DNA of 16,065 bases from Nitrososphaerota archaeon (lineage in GTDB: Archaea; Thermoproteota; Nitrososphaeria; Nitrososphaerales; UBA57): positions 10,434 to 26,498 of the forward strand of contig PAVW01000016.1 in assembly GCA_002713205.1 (NCBI GenBank), read 5' to 3'. Position 1 is the stretch's first letter. Each line of letters starts with the position of its first letter. The notes under the pieces are model-generated. The model was not told the origin of the DNA and did not search any database. It saw only the letters and a program-made list of their open reading frames with translations. A program made the position numbers and the translations under genes. Shown here piece after piece: positions 15,275 through 16,065 of the stretch.

Positions 15275-16065
15275 ATGGAAAAGGGAGATTTAATATTATT
15301 AGATTTTACTGCAAAAGTTAAAGATACAGGAAATCTTATAGAAACAACAATACTAGAAGAGGCTAAAAAACTAGATAAAGAGGATCCAGATTACACTTAT
15401 AAACCAAAATTAATAGCGATTGGCGAAGGATGGGTGCTAAAAGGTTTAGATGATATTTTAAGTGAGACTGAAATAGAAAAGAATACACAAGTAGACATTC
15501 CACCTGAAAAGGGATTCGGTAACAGAGATCCTTCAAAAATAAGATTAATGCCAATTAGAAAGTTTGGAGATAAGGTCGATAAACTTGAAATCGGTTCAGA
15601 AATTGATATTGATGGAAGAATTGGAATTGTTAGATTTATAGGATCAGGACGAGTTCAAATGGATTTCAATCATCGTTATGCAGGAAAAACATTAGAATAT
15701 AATTTTACAATTATAAAAAAACTAGAAAATAAAATGGAAAAAATACAATCATTAGTAGATCGAAGAATCCCACAAGGAAAAGAAAAGATTGATATTACAG
15801 TTGAAGATTCAACAACAACAATCATAATTCCAGAAGAATATTTTCTAATGGATGGGCTTCAAATAATAAAAAAAGCATTATCAAATGAATTAATGAAATA
15901 TATTGATAATTTGAAGAAAATTTCATTTGTTGAAGAGTTCAAATCAGATAAAATTGATGAGCAAAAACAAGCAACAGAACCAGAGAAGGATGATATTAAA
16001 TCAGCAGAACCAGAGAAGGATGATATTAAATCAGCAGAACCAGAGAAGGATGATATTAAATCAGC
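15275..16065 (+). CDS. Long-type archaeal FKBP peptidyl-prolyl cis-trans isomerase/chaperone (SlyD-like with IF insert), 3'-partial
   Basis: This ORF is missing from the ORF track because it has no stop inside the window. I translated it by hand from the ATG at 15275 and found no stops through 16065: MEKGDLILLDFTAKVKDTGNLIETT...IAIGEGWVLKGLDDIL...IPPEKGFGNRDPSKI...RVQMDFNHRYAGKTLEYNFTIIKK. These are FKBP/SlyD motifs (canonical DFNHPLAGKTL). A C-terminal domain and an acidic repeat tail follow. Confidence 0.85.
   Translation, partial: MEKGDLILLDFTAKVKDTGNLIETTILEEAKKLDKEDPDYTYKPKLIAIGEGWVLKGLDDILSETEIEKNTQVDIPPEKGFGNRDPSKIRLMPIRKFGDKVDKLEIGSEIDIDGRIGIVRFIGSGRVQMDFNHRYAGKTLEYNFTIIKKLENKMEKIQSLVDRRIPQGKEKIDITVEDSTTTIIIPEEYFLMDGLQIIKKALSNELMKYIDNLKKISFVEEFKSDKIDEQKQATEPEKDDIKSAEPEKDDIKSAEPEKDDIKS
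15974..16065 (+). repeat. Perfect 30-bp in-frame tandem repeat, at least 3 copies, truncated by the window edge
   Basis: The units are 15974-16003, 16004-16033 and 16034-16063, each (a/g)cagaaccagagaaggatgatattaaatca. They are identical except for the first base of unit 1. A fourth unit begins with 'gc' at 16064. Each unit encodes (T/A)EPEKDDIKS. Confidence 0.95.

Noticed and set aside
15363-15554. A 63-aa minus-strand ORF, the only ORF-track entry in the last 900 nt.
   Set aside because: The plus strand here carries an uninterrupted FKBP reading frame from 15275 to the window end with clear family motifs. The minus-strand ORF is its antisense shadow.
1-16065. A genomic island, horizontal transfer or mobile element signature, or a CRISPR array or defence system.
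   Set aside because: By eye, base composition and codon style are uniform across the window. I saw no integrase, transposase or Cas-like motifs, no tRNA attachment site, and no flanking direct or inverted repeats. The only tandem repeat is the in-frame 30-mer inside the FKBP gene.

Overview
This is a visibly AT-rich, very tightly packed archaeal chromosomal segment. I call 17 protein-coding genes, one of them running off the 3' edge and absent from the ORF track. I found no rRNA, tRNA, CRISPR array or mobile element. The archaeal origin rests on a group II chaperonin (thermosome) homologue, a 20S proteasome beta subunit, an archaeal-type NMN adenylyltransferase, RtcA and a long SlyD-like FKBP. 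A streamlined marine archaeon such as Nitrosopumilales would fit the composition and gene content, but that is an untested guess. Positions 21-5778 hold a six-gene, translationally coupled operon built on a MoxR AAA+ ATPase and a DUF58 protein, plus four membrane or exported proteins I cannot place in any family. This is the best candidate for an undescribed system. Its MoxR gene also has an odd start: the conserved N-terminus lies after an in-frame TAA and has no ATG/GTG/TTG. The rest is mostly housekeeping: citrate synthase, an MFS transporter, RtcA, NMNAT, a class V aminotransferase and FKBP. Several sequence-level oddities sit within it: a membrane-anchored three-cysteine ferredoxin followed by two tandem paralogous 4-TM proteins; a thermosome paralogue with degenerate ATPase motifs; a proteasome beta subunit with Ala in place of the Thr1 nucleophile; a 56-bp divergent promoter region with one central TATA-like element and a GC-rich palindrome; and a perfect 30-bp tandem repeat at the window edge inside the FKBP gene. 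All family calls come from motif recognition by eye. No searches or computations were run.
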